From contig NW_021833737.1 of NCBI RefSeq assembly GCF_006345805.1, forward strand, positions 1 to 55,285: a stretch of DNA of 55,285 bases. The letters are read 5' to 3'. This DNA is from Octopus sinensis (Eukaryota). Shown in pieces: positions 1 to 12,787 of the stretch (positions are counted from its first letter, which is position 1; each line of letters begins with the position of its first letter). The notes below the pieces were generated by a model. The model was not told the DNA's origin and searched no databases. It was given only the letters and a program-made list of their open reading frames with translations. Position numbers and translations under genes: made by a program.

Positions 1-199
1 ATAATTAATCGAAGACTGTTTGATTACATTATTTTTCTTCTTTTTTTTGCCATATGTGAGTTACAACAAATTCAGCGTAGGTGTTTTCTTTTGGGTTAGG
101 CAAAAATGGATAATTCTTCTACAACAGCAATTGCTACAAGATCTACAACCATCACTACCTCAACCACCTCCGAGACTATTACAACTAACAACTAATAAT

Positions 200-245
200 A
201 CGACAACAACTACCACCACCACAACAGGTGCTGCTGCTGCTGCTG

Positions 246-307
<62 letters not shown>

Positions 308-360
308 AGCGTTGCCGTTGCTGCTGCCACTAGTGCTTCTAATTCTTACTATTACTGTTA
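200..360. repeat. Compound trinucleotide microsatellite (CAA/CAC/GCT/ACT)
   Basis: Direct reading; explains the poly-T/poly-A/poly-S ORFs. Confidence 0.9.
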
Positions 361-378
361 TTACTATCATTATTATCA

Positions 379-550
379 AGGTGGTGAGCTGGCAGAATTG
401 TTAGCACGCCGGGCGAAATAGCGGTATTTCGTCCGTTTTTACGCTCTGAGTTCAAATTCCACCAAGGTCGATGAATACTGAGGTCGATGTTATCGATTGG
501 TCCACTCACCACAAATTTCAGGCCTTGTCCCTTTAGTAGAAACAATTATC
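379..550 (+). mobile_element. tRNA-headed SINE, family A, internally deleted copy
   Basis: Head GGTGGTGAGCTGGCAGAATTGTTAGCAC, B-box-like GAGTTCAAATTCC and tail CAGGCCTTGTCCCTTTAGTAGAAAC; matches many other copies in the window. Confidence 0.85.
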
Positions 551-900
551 ATCATTATTATCAGAGTCTGACAAAAAAATGAAAAAGACCTGTGGTATAG
601 GTCCATACTTTAACGCCGAGATCCACTTTCACCTCTCCGAAATATTCGTCGAGTACTGGAGCCAATAGCATGGATTAGCTCTTCCTCAACATTGCTACCC
701 TTATTAGAAATAATCCTAATCCAAAACACGTACGAGGGTCGACATTATTATAGAGGTCATAAATTGACCAAGCAAGCGTGTATATATTTGCGTATATCAA
801 ATGGGCGGGTTATCTAGGTGGTCAAAATGGTGTATGTGAAATGTTCTATCTATCTATCTATCTGTCTATCTATCTGTCTCTCTGTCTCTCTCTGTCTGTA

Positions 901-954
<54 letters not shown>

Positions 955-1547
955 CACATACACTACATAAATATTATATATAACATTGTATAATGTAATA
1001 TAACGTGTGTGTGTTTGTATAAATTCTTATTCAGGTTTACTTTAGTAAGTTATAATTTGTTCAAGTTGTAGTTTACCAATTTTAGTAATACAAACAGCTA
1101 TAGATACCGCCATAGAATTAAATAAAGCTTAAAGAAACAGAAAAAGGAAAAGGAAACGAGAGAAGAAAAAGGAAGAATAAAAATAAAACTAAGAAGTCTC
1201 TACGTCATGATTCAATGCAATGGCCATGATTTGAGACCAATGATTGTAAACTCTTAAAAGCAACCAATATAATCAATCATCGCAAGCAGCTATGGTAATT
1301 GAAATCAGTTCTTGTAAATAGAATCCTATTGACGTTTCACCAATTATTTATGTTTGACAGATTCCCGTGGATTTCGGTATGTGTAGTGTCTTTACAGTCT
1401 TAAAGACGTACATATTTGCAGCCTCTCAGATGCACACACACACACACTCGTGCACTCATACGAGCGCAGACGGGCATGCATACACATGAGCACAGACTCA
1501 CGGCTACATACCACTTTGCATGCACACTCACACATGCACACCAATAT

Positions 1548-1549
<2 letters not shown>

Positions 1550-1584
<35 letters not shown>

Positions 1585-1630
1585 TGCATGTATTTATATG
1601 TATTACCATCATACGTACTTATGGACATAC

Positions 1631-1687
<57 letters not shown>

Positions 1688-1867
1688 CTATATAGATAAA
1701 ATAATATATATGATATATATATTATATATATATATATATATATTCACGGATCTATGTATGTACGTGTGAATGCATGTATGCATGTAAGTTTATATACATA
1801 TATGCAATATATATATACATATATGCAAATATATATATATATATATATACATACATATATATATATA

Positions 1868-1905
<38 letters not shown>
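1550..1905. repeat. (TA)n microsatellite field
   Basis: Direct reading; one of many (e.g. 8860-9070, 9720-9880, 10020-10150, 43970-44120, 46350-46560). Confidence 0.9.
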
Positions 1906-1910
<5 letters not shown>

Positions 1911-2210
1911 AAGATTTGTATATAACATATGTATGTATGAATACACACATGCGCGCGCGTATGTAGATTGAGGAAAGTCTACTTTACTATTTCCTTCCAT
2001 TTACATAGATGCGAACAAAGATAAAGACATACACTCACAACCTCATACACCCACCCACGCGCGCGCGCACACAAACCCATACACACATGCACTCATGAAC
2101 ACACACGCACACATACTCATTCAGATGGTCACAAACATTCAAATACGTGATCATACACGAATATTATTTTGTTTATACATAGACATTTCATATGTATGTA
2201 TGCGTACATA

Positions 2211-2950
2211 CGTGGTGATGATCAATAAGTATCCGGACTGTTGACATAGTAACGAAGTTAAAGCACGCAGAGTAAAGCTGCTTGGCATAGATTGACCTTA
2301 AACTCTTCTCTGCATGCTTACTAGGTTTTAACGTTCTAGCTCACTTCCACTGTTTTCGGCAATACTCGAAATGTTCGTGTGTAGCGTGTCATCGTCGCAT
2401 TGACCATGACAAAGAATGTTATGAAGAAAATCCGCATCAAATTTTGCCAAAAGCTTGGTGATACCTGCTCAGAGTCCTATGAAAAGTTTTCAGAAAGTTC
2501 TCATCGTTCTCGACACAGTCAAGGAGATCTTGTGCAACTGAAACCCGAGTGTCTTCTTCGTCAGCTGAAAGCAGTTTTGGCACAAACTTGGCAGACACCC
2601 AAATCTTCAGTGATAATGGACTGAACTGAAACGTAATTAATCTGTACATCCTCTGATAACACACGGATGGTGATTCGACGATTTCCCCTCACAGCTACGC
2701 GCACATCTGCAATGTTTTTCTCAGTTCTGCTGGTTGCGGGTCTCCCCGAACGCTCGTCAATATCGACATTTTTTTGACCATCTTGGAAACCTCTGAACCA
2801 CTGGTGCACTTGTTTTTGACTCATACACTCCTCTCCATACACTTTCTGCAACTTTGCATAGGCCTCTGAGCAGGTATCACCATGACAACTTTCTTTCTCA
2901 TGGTCAATGTGATGATCACACGCTACACACGTTCCTTCCAAGCACTGCTG
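2211..2950. mobile_element. Mariner remnant made of two 5' halves in inverted orientation
   Basis: TA followed by TIR-like CGTGGTGATGATCAATAAGTATCCGG. The + strand gives MTKNVMKKIRIKFCQKLGDTCSE; the - strand repeats GDTCSEAYAKLQK. 2375-2497 is an inverted match to about 2841-2945. Confidence 0.8.
2485..2882 (-). pseudogene. Mariner transposase N-terminal HTH fragment, frameshifted
   Basis: GDTCSEAYAKLQKVYGEECMSQKQVHQWFRGFQDG...DERSGRP...NRRITIR, then in another frame VSAKFVPKLLSADEEDTRVSVAQDLLDCVENDENFLK (the WVPHEL-equivalent motif). Confidence 0.85.

Positions 2951-3040
<90 letters not shown>
2951..3040. repeat. (TCTA)n microsatellite
   Basis: Near-perfect tetranucleotide array; it resumes at about 3640-3795 after the LINE fragment. 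Confidence 0.95.
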
Positions 3041-3041
<1 letters not shown>

Positions 3042-3633
3042 CAAGTATCACTTGAAAAGGAAAGTGAGAGTAGAGAGGCAAGTTTTGTCTAGCGAATGTT
3101 TAAAAAAAAGATGGGTGAATGTAGCAAGGATGGCACGTATGAATGACGAAGCCACCTTGAGCATAATCGTATGACCCAGAAATGAAAACAGAGGGTTACC
3201 CACTCGCAAACAAATGTGGTAACATATAAATATGACCAAGGTTACCGTGGTCTTTTTCGTAGGCTTTTCTTCCCACGGATAAACCTTACTTGCTTTCCCC
3301 TTTACACCATATATCATAACACTGTGATACACGATCCCTATTGATCGTCCTTTTTTCCTCTTCCCCTTTTTCCCCCCTTGTTTCTTCTTTTTTCATTTCT
3401 CTTTCCTTTTGTTCCTTTTCCTTTTCTTTTTTTTCTCTTTTTATTCTTTTTATTTTATTCATTTTTTTTGTTTTTGTTTTTGTTCTTTTCTTCCCTTTTA
3501 CGATCCCTCTTGATCGAAAACCTACGCCACCCCTTTTTTTTCTTTTGTTTTTTGTTCTCTTCATCCCCCAAAAGAAAAGCTCTACCTGTAACTTGTCCCA
3601 TCTGTGTGCAGCCCTGTGTGGCCAATAAAGAAA
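3041..3633 (+). mobile_element. 5'-truncated non-LTR retrotransposon 3' end, Tx1-like (ORF2 C-terminus plus 3' UTR)
   Basis: KYHLKRKVRVERQVLSSECLKKRWVNVARM...* (stop 3172-3174) resembles Tx1-clade ORF2 termini. The UTR ends in CAATAAAGAAA, and a second UTR copy lies at 18393-18654. Clade call is by eye. Confidence 0.65.
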
Positions 3634-3641
3634 CTTATCTT

Positions 3642-3721
<80 letters not shown>

Positions 3722-3726
3722 CCTAC

Positions 3727-3796
<70 letters not shown>

Positions 3797-4139
3797 GTAT
3801 GTCTGTTTATCTGTCTGTCTGTCTGTCTATTACCTATCTATCTCTACCTACCTACAGTATACATGCATTTCCTATCCATGCATTCATGAACACAAATTTA
3901 CTGTGTTCACATTTCGTGTTATATCTTAAATCGTACTGAGAAAAATATTAAAAGAAATATCAATAACGATAAAATTATTAAAAATCAGTTTTATGAAAAC
4001 CGTATTCTCATCACCTCCAAATCTCTACTGAACTTCTACGATACAATGGTTGCAGATAACACACACATACTCACACACACACAAACGTGCACACATTCAC
4101 ACACTTAAATGAAATTATATATATATATATATATATAGT

Positions 4140-4290
4140 TGAAATTTATAGAAAAACAAAAGACGAAGACAGGTGTATGAACAACAAGCAAGTATAATAG
4201 TTTGACGCTCGGGCAAAAATGTAAAAGTCTTTTACGTTTCGAGCCTATACTCTTCAACAGAAAGGAATAAGAGAAAATAAACAGAGAGAA
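4140..4290 (-). mobile_element. Penelope-like element terminal (pLTR) fragment
   Basis: Matches 35670-35820, which caps a GIY-YIG remnant. Contains CTGTTGAAGAG..CTCGAAACGT, a motif typical of PLE ends. Confidence 0.65.
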
Positions 4291-5198
4291 AATGAAAAAA
4301 AACTTATAGAGTTCAGCAGTCCAGCATGGCGAAGAAAGAGAGAAAAAAGTAAAGGAGAAAAAAGAAAAGGAGAAAAAGAAAAGGAAAAAAAAGAGTACTG
4401 CATATCTACATATGTATGTTTATGCGTGAATGCGTGTGTGTATGTATATATATATATATTATATATGTATGTGTTTGTGTGTGTGTATATGTATGTATGC
4501 ACTCATTATATTTTATATGTACACGGTATTTTTATTATCTATAGACGTATCTATTATGTTTTATTGGAAGCTACGTCTTCACAAATCGTCACAACACATC
4601 ACATGCCTCCGGTCTTCGTACGTTAGTGAAAAATAGAAGATGAGACTACTGCTTAAAATGATTGTTGTGGAAATATTTGAATATCTGGAAAAGCATTGAC
4701 TGGATGATATTGTAGCAAAAATATATTATTGGTTGATCATTTAACATTTGTCCACAAAACATAAGCTAAGAGAAAAGAAAAAAGAAACTGAATATCAAAA
4801 AGAAAAGGAAAATAATTTTTTTTTTAGAGAGAAGAGAAGTGGATGAAGCAGGGAAGTAGAATACTGAGGAGAAGGAAGTTGGAAAAGATAGGAATTGATG
4901 AGAATAGGTCAAGGAAAATAGTGATAGTGTGTATATAAAAATGTATATATAAAATAAAAAGCACATGTAAAAATCGTGAATGAAAAATAACGCATAAATA
5001 TACGAAGGAGTGGTGAAGAATTCCTGGCTTTAAGGGTATCGAAAGGATAGAGCTGTTACCTTTAAAGGAAATTTTCAGCACTTCCTCGTACTCTCGAGAA
5101 GAGGCGAGAGGCAAATGTGTGGAACAAAAACAAAAGTGAGTAGAAATATGAGGACAGTTAGCAGAAGTGGTAGAAATGGAAAGGAATTATTTAAAAGA

Positions 5199-5250
<52 letters not shown>

Positions 5251-5252
5251 AT

Positions 5253-5460
5253 TAATTTAGAGATAGTAAGCCCCTACATCTCACCATCTAAAAATAATTT
5301 TTATTTTTATTTTAAATACCTACTGTTTTATTGCTTTAGGAACCCGAGGATGTACCTCATGAAACACGTGTTGCCAAGTAATAAAACAGTAGGTATTTAA
5401 AATAAAAATAAAAATTCTTTTTATATGGTGAGATGTAGAGGGTCTACTATCTCTAAATTA
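5253..5460. repeat. Foldback palindrome with about 84-bp arms and about 39-nt loop
   Basis: 5253-5336 is the reverse complement of 5376-5460 with only a few mismatches. Confidence 0.9.
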
Positions 5461-6674
5461 AAATATATTTCTTCATTGAGAATAATTTGAACGTCTGTTA
5501 TGCCGGAATTTTTATTCCCTAAAAAATAATATATATATATATATATATATGTATCGGTAAATTCCTGAGATTTTCATAGCTGTATCGTTGAATTTCAAAG
5601 ATATTAAAGGGAGAATTATTTAATGTCTTAATCGAGGCAGGTCAGAGAAAAGGCGAGTATTTGGCGGCGAAATGTTTGATTACCTAAAGGATTGTGAAAC
5701 GAATTATTCGTTAGAGAGATGACAGGGTAGAAAAGCACGGAGTAAGTATTTAGAAATGTGCCTGCAAGAAATTAGTAGTTCGGGTCCTTTATATAAATTA
5801 CATCTTAGAATATAATGAAAAGTTCCTCGCTGCAGGTCAACTGTACACTAGATTATAATTGTCTTTCAATGGCGCTGGTTTATCGCACTAGGCTACAGGC
5901 TGTCAGCAGCTCTGTGTTCAAAAGTGATACCGGGTTGACTGTGAACAAATGCATACTATGATTTTACTAGCATATACACCCACTCCTTCAAGCACCTAAA
6001 GAAACATTTCAACAATTTTGTCCTAGTGCATATTGCTTCTGAGATAATCCGACCCACCGTGATTAAAATAAAAGGACGAAAATAGTGGCACCAAATAAAG
6101 TTTAAGGGAAGTTAAGAGTCTTTGTGCAGGTCTTAATAGTTAATATCTGTCTTTTAGGCTGCACTTATTTCATTATTTTTTTTTGTGCTTTAAACTGAAG
6201 GGTTATTCAATACTTTGTGGAAGAGCACATATTTATTAACTTCTACAAGGAAAATGTCCACTGTGACTTCAAAGTTTCGGCTAGTTCGTTTTCATCAAAC
6301 TGATTGAGACAAAATCCCTTTTTCATTATATCTCTACATGACTGGAATTTTCTTGCGGCTAAACAGCAGCAGCAACAACAACATTAACAACTGCATTAAC
6401 TGGAAACTTGTTCCTTTGTACATTTCTGTAATACTTTCGAAAGTTGAACATTGTCCATACCATATTTGGACATATTTATCTGAAATCTTATCTCCTATAC
6501 AAAGTAGAACACCTCCTCACACTCAATATATTTTTCTTTGACCTCAAATCTACGGTTAATGCTTGCGAACATTTTCGGAGTTGGTAGTCTGCTAGAAAAC
6601 GTCACCATTAAATCATATTCATTTCATATGCTACAATATTAAAGTAATTATAAAAAAAATGTGTTGATTAATTC

Positions 6675-6885
6675 AGTGCTGGCAAAACTGTTTGAATGTC
6701 GGAGAAATTCCGTAAGGTATTTCTTTCAGCTCTTTACGGTTTAAGTTCAAATTCCGCTGACGTCAAATGTGCTTTTCATTCTTTTGAGGTCGATAAATTA
6801 ACGTACGAATCGAGTACTAAGATCGTTGGTATCGACTAACACTTTTCGCTGAAAATTACTGGCTTTGAATCTAAACTTAAAATAA
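6675..6885 (+). mobile_element. Degenerate family A SINE
   Basis: GCTGGCAAAACTG...AAGTTCAAATTCCG...TTTCATTCTTTTGAGGTCGATAAATT. Confidence 0.7.
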
Positions 6886-7964
6886 TTATATAGTTTTAAA
6901 TACATTTTGTCTATAAAAAATGAAAAGTGTATAGTCATGGTCAGCGCACATTTCCTAATAGTTTTGTACTATTATATCTGATCTGAATTTAAATCACTGC
7001 TTATAATAACAATAGCAAAAACGGCAGCAACGTATGTTCTTCGAGAAATAAAATAATTCTACACTACTGAAATCCGTGTCAACGAGATTGTTTCTGTATT
7101 TTATTGACATGCTACAAATAGCAGCCAAGTCTCCAACATATTACATTCCAACAATCTTAAGAAAACATTGGTGCCTATTAAAAAAAAAAAAACTTGGTAG
7201 ACATGGGCAACGCTTTTCGAAAAGTTGACCTATGAGACATGGCGCATTATCAGGTGGGCTGCACTACTGAAAAAAACTCCAATTCAAGACCATTTTTCGT
7301 TAGACATGCTATTCAGGAATTCCTGCAGACTGCAGGTTGCTTATGACTGATCTAGGTGTTTAGTGCCAGAGAAAAGGACGAGATAGTGATGGCTGAAACG
7401 AATTTCAATATGGAACTCCTCAGCAAGGGCTAAGAGTACAACAACAAATAAAACAGCAACTAAAATCAACCAACAGTTAACAAACAATCCTTATGATATC
7501 AAAAGCAGTAAATATATGAGAAATGCATTTATTTAGAATTACAATTCTTTGATTCATTGATGTCTTTTTTTTTTAGTTTCCTCTTCACTTTTGATCTTTT
7601 ATTTTTACTTATAGTGATTATTATTATTGCTGTTGTTGTTGTTGTTGTTGATGATGATGTTATTTATTTACCTATGTATTTAATTATTATTATTATTATT
7701 ATTTTTGCTTTCGAAAGAAAGAATAAGTAGTGGAGATCTCATTCAAATATTCCATCACAATCTGCCGTTATTTCTCAACTCTGAAATCCAATTTTCGTGA
7801 CTAGTTTATGTATTTTATAGGCGTCTTTGGTATAATCCCAGCTTGATTAAAGCTTACTCATATCGGATTAGTGTCTTTAAATAGAGAAAGGTGAGGGAAA
7901 GGCTCTATGTATGCACGTAAGTACGTACGTATTTATGTATCGTGTTATATGTATTATATATATA

Positions 7965-8003
<39 letters not shown>

Positions 8004-8469
8004 TAAAAGACACATAAAGATATAAATGTATGTGTGACTTTCTGTGCGTATATATGTATGTATATAGATACGGATGTGTGACTTTCTGAGCGTATATATG
8101 TATGCAACGATGTTTATAATATGTGATAGTTTCAGTTTGAGAAATTGGAAAGATACACATAGTAAGAAATAGATCAATATGTTGATCATTATATGGAATT
8201 CCCTTCTCACGGCACACTAACTTATTCCATTAGGAAAGGGTAAATATATACATACCTATACAAACGGAACCCCTCCGTATATACATAAAATCATGTATAC
8301 ATACACGCACATATGCAGGCAGAAGTACACACACACACATATCTGATTATATGTGTGTGTTTATGCATGTTTTATATTGTGGAACAAATAGATAAGACAT
8401 ACAACAATAAATCACTATTTTACCCAAATAGGTAGAACGATAGGCATTCGTAGGCTGTACAAATAGACA

Positions 8470-8502
8470 GTGATAGATAGACAGACAGACAGATAAACAG
8501 AC

Positions 8503-8549
<47 letters not shown>

Positions 8550-8552
8550 CAG

Positions 8553-8592
<40 letters not shown>

Positions 8593-8672
8593 GATAGATA
8601 GATAGATAGATAGATATATAGATAGATAGTTAGATAAACAGATAGACAGAATAGATAGATAGACAGACAAAC

Positions 8673-8703
<31 letters not shown>

Positions 8704-8714
8704 TAGATAGATAC

Positions 8715-8771
<57 letters not shown>

Positions 8772-8775
8772 CAGA
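8470..8775. repeat. (GATA/GACA)n microsatellite
   Basis: Direct reading. Confidence 0.95.
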
Positions 8776-8854
8776 TGGGTAGATAGCTGGATAATATACA
8801 TGCATATACATACTTGCATGCATACATACATCCGTACATACATACATACATACC

Positions 8855-8923
<69 letters not shown>

Positions 8924-8987
8924 TTATATATGTATTTATATATATATATATATGTGTGTGTATACGTATCCAACATACACAAACATA

Positions 8988-9073
<86 letters not shown>

Positions 9074-9590
9074 TCTATGCATCAATATTTATTGGGCAGA
9101 TAAACAGATGAATAAGCATATTGTTTGATAGAATAATAGATAGAAAGTAGATATATTAATCTGGATAGTAACCGGATTGTTCTAGAAATTTAATGTAAAT
9201 CTTCACACAGTAATAGCTTCACAAATAAATTTAGTGTCACATAGGCGCATATTAGACGCACACACGTTCGCAGACACAGATACATACACAAAAATGGAAT
9301 ACAAAGAAACTGACGCACGTATACCTATATATATATATATATATATATATACACGGTGTCATATAATGATGTATACGCAATGTGAATATGATGTAACATT
9401 TGTGAAATAGCATTATCACTTTCTATCTCGCGCTTCATTGTTTCGTGTCAATTTTATCATATCTATACATTACTTAGAGAACCTGCACACACTTGAACGT
9501 ACGCATACACATACGTACATACATAAACACATATACGCACACACACACACACATGTTTAAATACACACGCATACATATATACATCTAAAA

Positions 9591-9655
9591 ACACTCCCAT
9601 ATGGCTACATGCGTATACACTCCCATATGGCTACATGCGTATACACTCCCACATG
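9591..9655. repeat. 26-bp tandem repeat, about 2.4 copies
   Basis: Unit ACACTCCCATATGGCTACATGCGTAT repeated directly. Confidence 0.85.
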
Positions 9656-9719
9656 CAAGCAAAGAGTTAAACACGCCTACGTTTAAACGTGACAGCATAC
9701 AAATGAATATTTATGTAAG

Positions 9720-9787
<68 letters not shown>

Positions 9788-10027
9788 TGTGTGTGTGCGT
9801 GTATATATATATATATATATGTATACATATATGTATATATATATACACATATATATATGTATATATATATATGTATATACATGGACATTTATGTTAGGAC
9901 ATATATAGAAGTACATACACAGTTTTAATGTATTTATGTTATTTTTAAAGCAATGGGATTAAATATAGTGGAAAGAAAATCAGATGTGGTAAGAACTCAT
10001 CTCTCACTTAAGTACATATATATATTG

Positions 10028-10069
<42 letters not shown>

Positions 10070-10087
10070 TATATATTGTATATATAT

Positions 10088-10138
<51 letters not shown>

Positions 10139-10603
10139 TATATATATGTATATGTACATATATTCACATAAGGAGAGAGAGTGAAATTAATATGAAGGTG
10201 GTGTATTGTCGAATGATAGAGGAAAGAAGAATAGAGATATGTAGAAACTAGAGTTGGATTTAAGAACAGACCTGTTGTAATTGCCACCGCCATCTTTCGC
10301 AGCAAGCCATAAAGCAGTAAGAAGAACAACAATAAAAGAAAAACAACTAAAAATAAAGAGTAAAAAAAAAAAGCAATACAGCGACATGGAAATAATATAC
10401 GAATGAAAACAAACTGAAATAATAAGTTGAGCTAAGATTGAGGTATAATTGCCATGGTACATCGCCTGGACCATCAAACCGATTCTCTTAGATTCACGAT
10501 GACGGCCATTTTCACTTGACGTGGTAGATTTCTGTTGGATAATATTCTATTGCTGCTAAATCTCTAAGACACAGAACGCCACTCTTATTTCAGTTTAATT
10601 TTA

Positions 10604-10704
<101 letters not shown>

Positions 10705-10820
10705 CTCTTATCATCATTGTCTTCATCACTACAAACATTATTATTATTATTATTATTATTATTGTTTTTGTTGTTGTTTTCATTATTATCATTATTGAGT
10801 AATAATAATGAAAATAATTA

Positions 10821-11310
10821 TTGAGTGAGAGAGCAGTGCATGCCATCAACGTGACCTTGGGGGGTAAAGCATATGAAGCCCAGTATACCCATCATGATTA
10901 CCCGTCTGATAATGGCACACCAGAAACATGCATCACAACCATACGTGCGCGAGTTGGTGATCCCATATGCAGATAAACAACGCAAGTCCTTGCAGGTAGG
11001 GGTCCAGTTAGAATTTTCATCAGTTCGAGTAGTCGACCCTGCTCAAAAGATCCCTGAAGAAGCGTTGTTTAATGATGTTAAATGAAACGCCAATGTTTCC
11101 AGAGGTGAATTATTCAAACCCCAAAGAATCCCTCTCAACACATGGCTATAATACTCCGCTACTACTTCTGCTCGGCAGGCAATAAGGGACATGCTCCACT
11201 GGTTAAGGTCAAACAACTGACCAGCAAATCTGTGGCGTTGAATAGAATATTTGCTGTAGCCCATCTTTTATAACCAATCAGTTAAGATCAGAAGCCATGA
11301 AAGGCAGTGC
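10821..11310 (-). mobile_element. Unclassified ~500-bp interspersed retroposon with (TAA)n tail
   Basis: Collinear homolog at 29944-30566. On the - strand it ends ...GCACTGCTCTCTCACTCAATAAT. No ORF recognised. Confidence 0.75.
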
Positions 11311-11336
11311 ATTATTATTATTATCATCATTATTAC

Positions 11337-11380
<44 letters not shown>

Positions 11381-11414
11381 TATTATTATTATCATCATCA
11401 TCATCATCATCACC

Positions 11415-11446
<32 letters not shown>

Positions 11447-11516
11447 TATCATCATCATTATCATTATTATTATCATCATCATCACCACCATAACCACCAC
11501 CACCACCACCACCACC

Positions 11517-11615
<99 letters not shown>

Positions 11616-11774
11616 ATTGTTATCGCTATTGTTGTTGTTGTCGTTATTGTTGTTGTTAATTCTAATGCAGTTCATGATTTCTTCTGCGCAGCTGAGATAA
11701 GATGTGTTAGTAAGAATTTTACATAAAATATACATGTTTATTTATTTGTTCTTGTTCTCCTGTTGTTGTTGTTG

Positions 11775-11851
<77 letters not shown>

Positions 11852-11930
11852 TTAATTATTATTATTGTTATTATTATTATTATTATTATATTATTATTAT
11901 TATTATTATTGATGTTGTTGTTGTTATTGT
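11311..11930. repeat. Compound (ATT/ATC/ACC/GTT)n microsatellite
   Basis: Direct reading; source of the poly-H/Y/I/N ORFs. Confidence 0.9.
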
Positions 11931-12787
11931 TAGCTACTGAATGCTCAGTTGTGTTTTCATATAGTTCTTCAAATATCTGGATGTTACCAAGTATAACTGC
12001 ATCGAAGAATGATTTACACATTTATTCTACTCTATACGAAGATCTTGAAGAAATTGGTTGCAATCCCACACAGAAGTGTGTGATGGGTAAACAAAATATA
12101 TCACTTTTTAACCATGCATTTTATTCATTTTTTTTAATCTGTTTTTTTTTTTTTTTTTAAATCTCTTTAACGCACATGGATAAAATAGTTGCGCAAGTGC
12201 GTCCATGCAAGCAAAATTAATAAATATGAACATAAATCAACAAGAAAGCTAACAAAAATATTTTACAACATAATTTAAAAGAAAAACAAAGTGCTGATAC
12301 TTCTATAACCTTAACACTAATGTGAACAATTTCAACGACATGTTCAGCAAACACATCATTCACACAGAGAAATATTTTGGTGAACGAATTTTAACTGTGG
12401 ACAAAAGTGGAAATCTAGACTTACTCTTCTCTGATACTATCAAGAAGAGACGAACGCTATATATAGTCGATCTAACCGAGGGAACAGTTTGTTGACTGGA
12501 CCCAGAAGCTAAAAAGGAATGGAATGTGCACTTTTGCCTGAAGCAATCAGTCAATGATGACAGAAAAATAAAAATTAGAGCTTAACTTCGCGGTATTTGA
12601 ACTCAGGATATAAAGATTCAGAACAGATGCTACAATTATTGAATTTATTATTGGTGGATTCTACTAATCCACAAATAACAATGTCAACAACAACAACAAA
12701 AACAACAACAACAACAACAACAACAATAATAATAGTAATAATAATAGGAGTGTAAAAACAGAAACAATTACAAGGTTACTAGGAAAG

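Noticed and set aside
7390-7425. Minus-strand CTGAGGA...GAAA hammerhead-like spacing
   Set aside because: Stems I-III do not pair.
12330-12495. Short open frame containing NLDLLFSD...LYIVDLT, RLE-like
   Set aside because: The PD motif is absent and the match is too short to assign; the similar weak signal at about 42330-42500 is also left uncalled.
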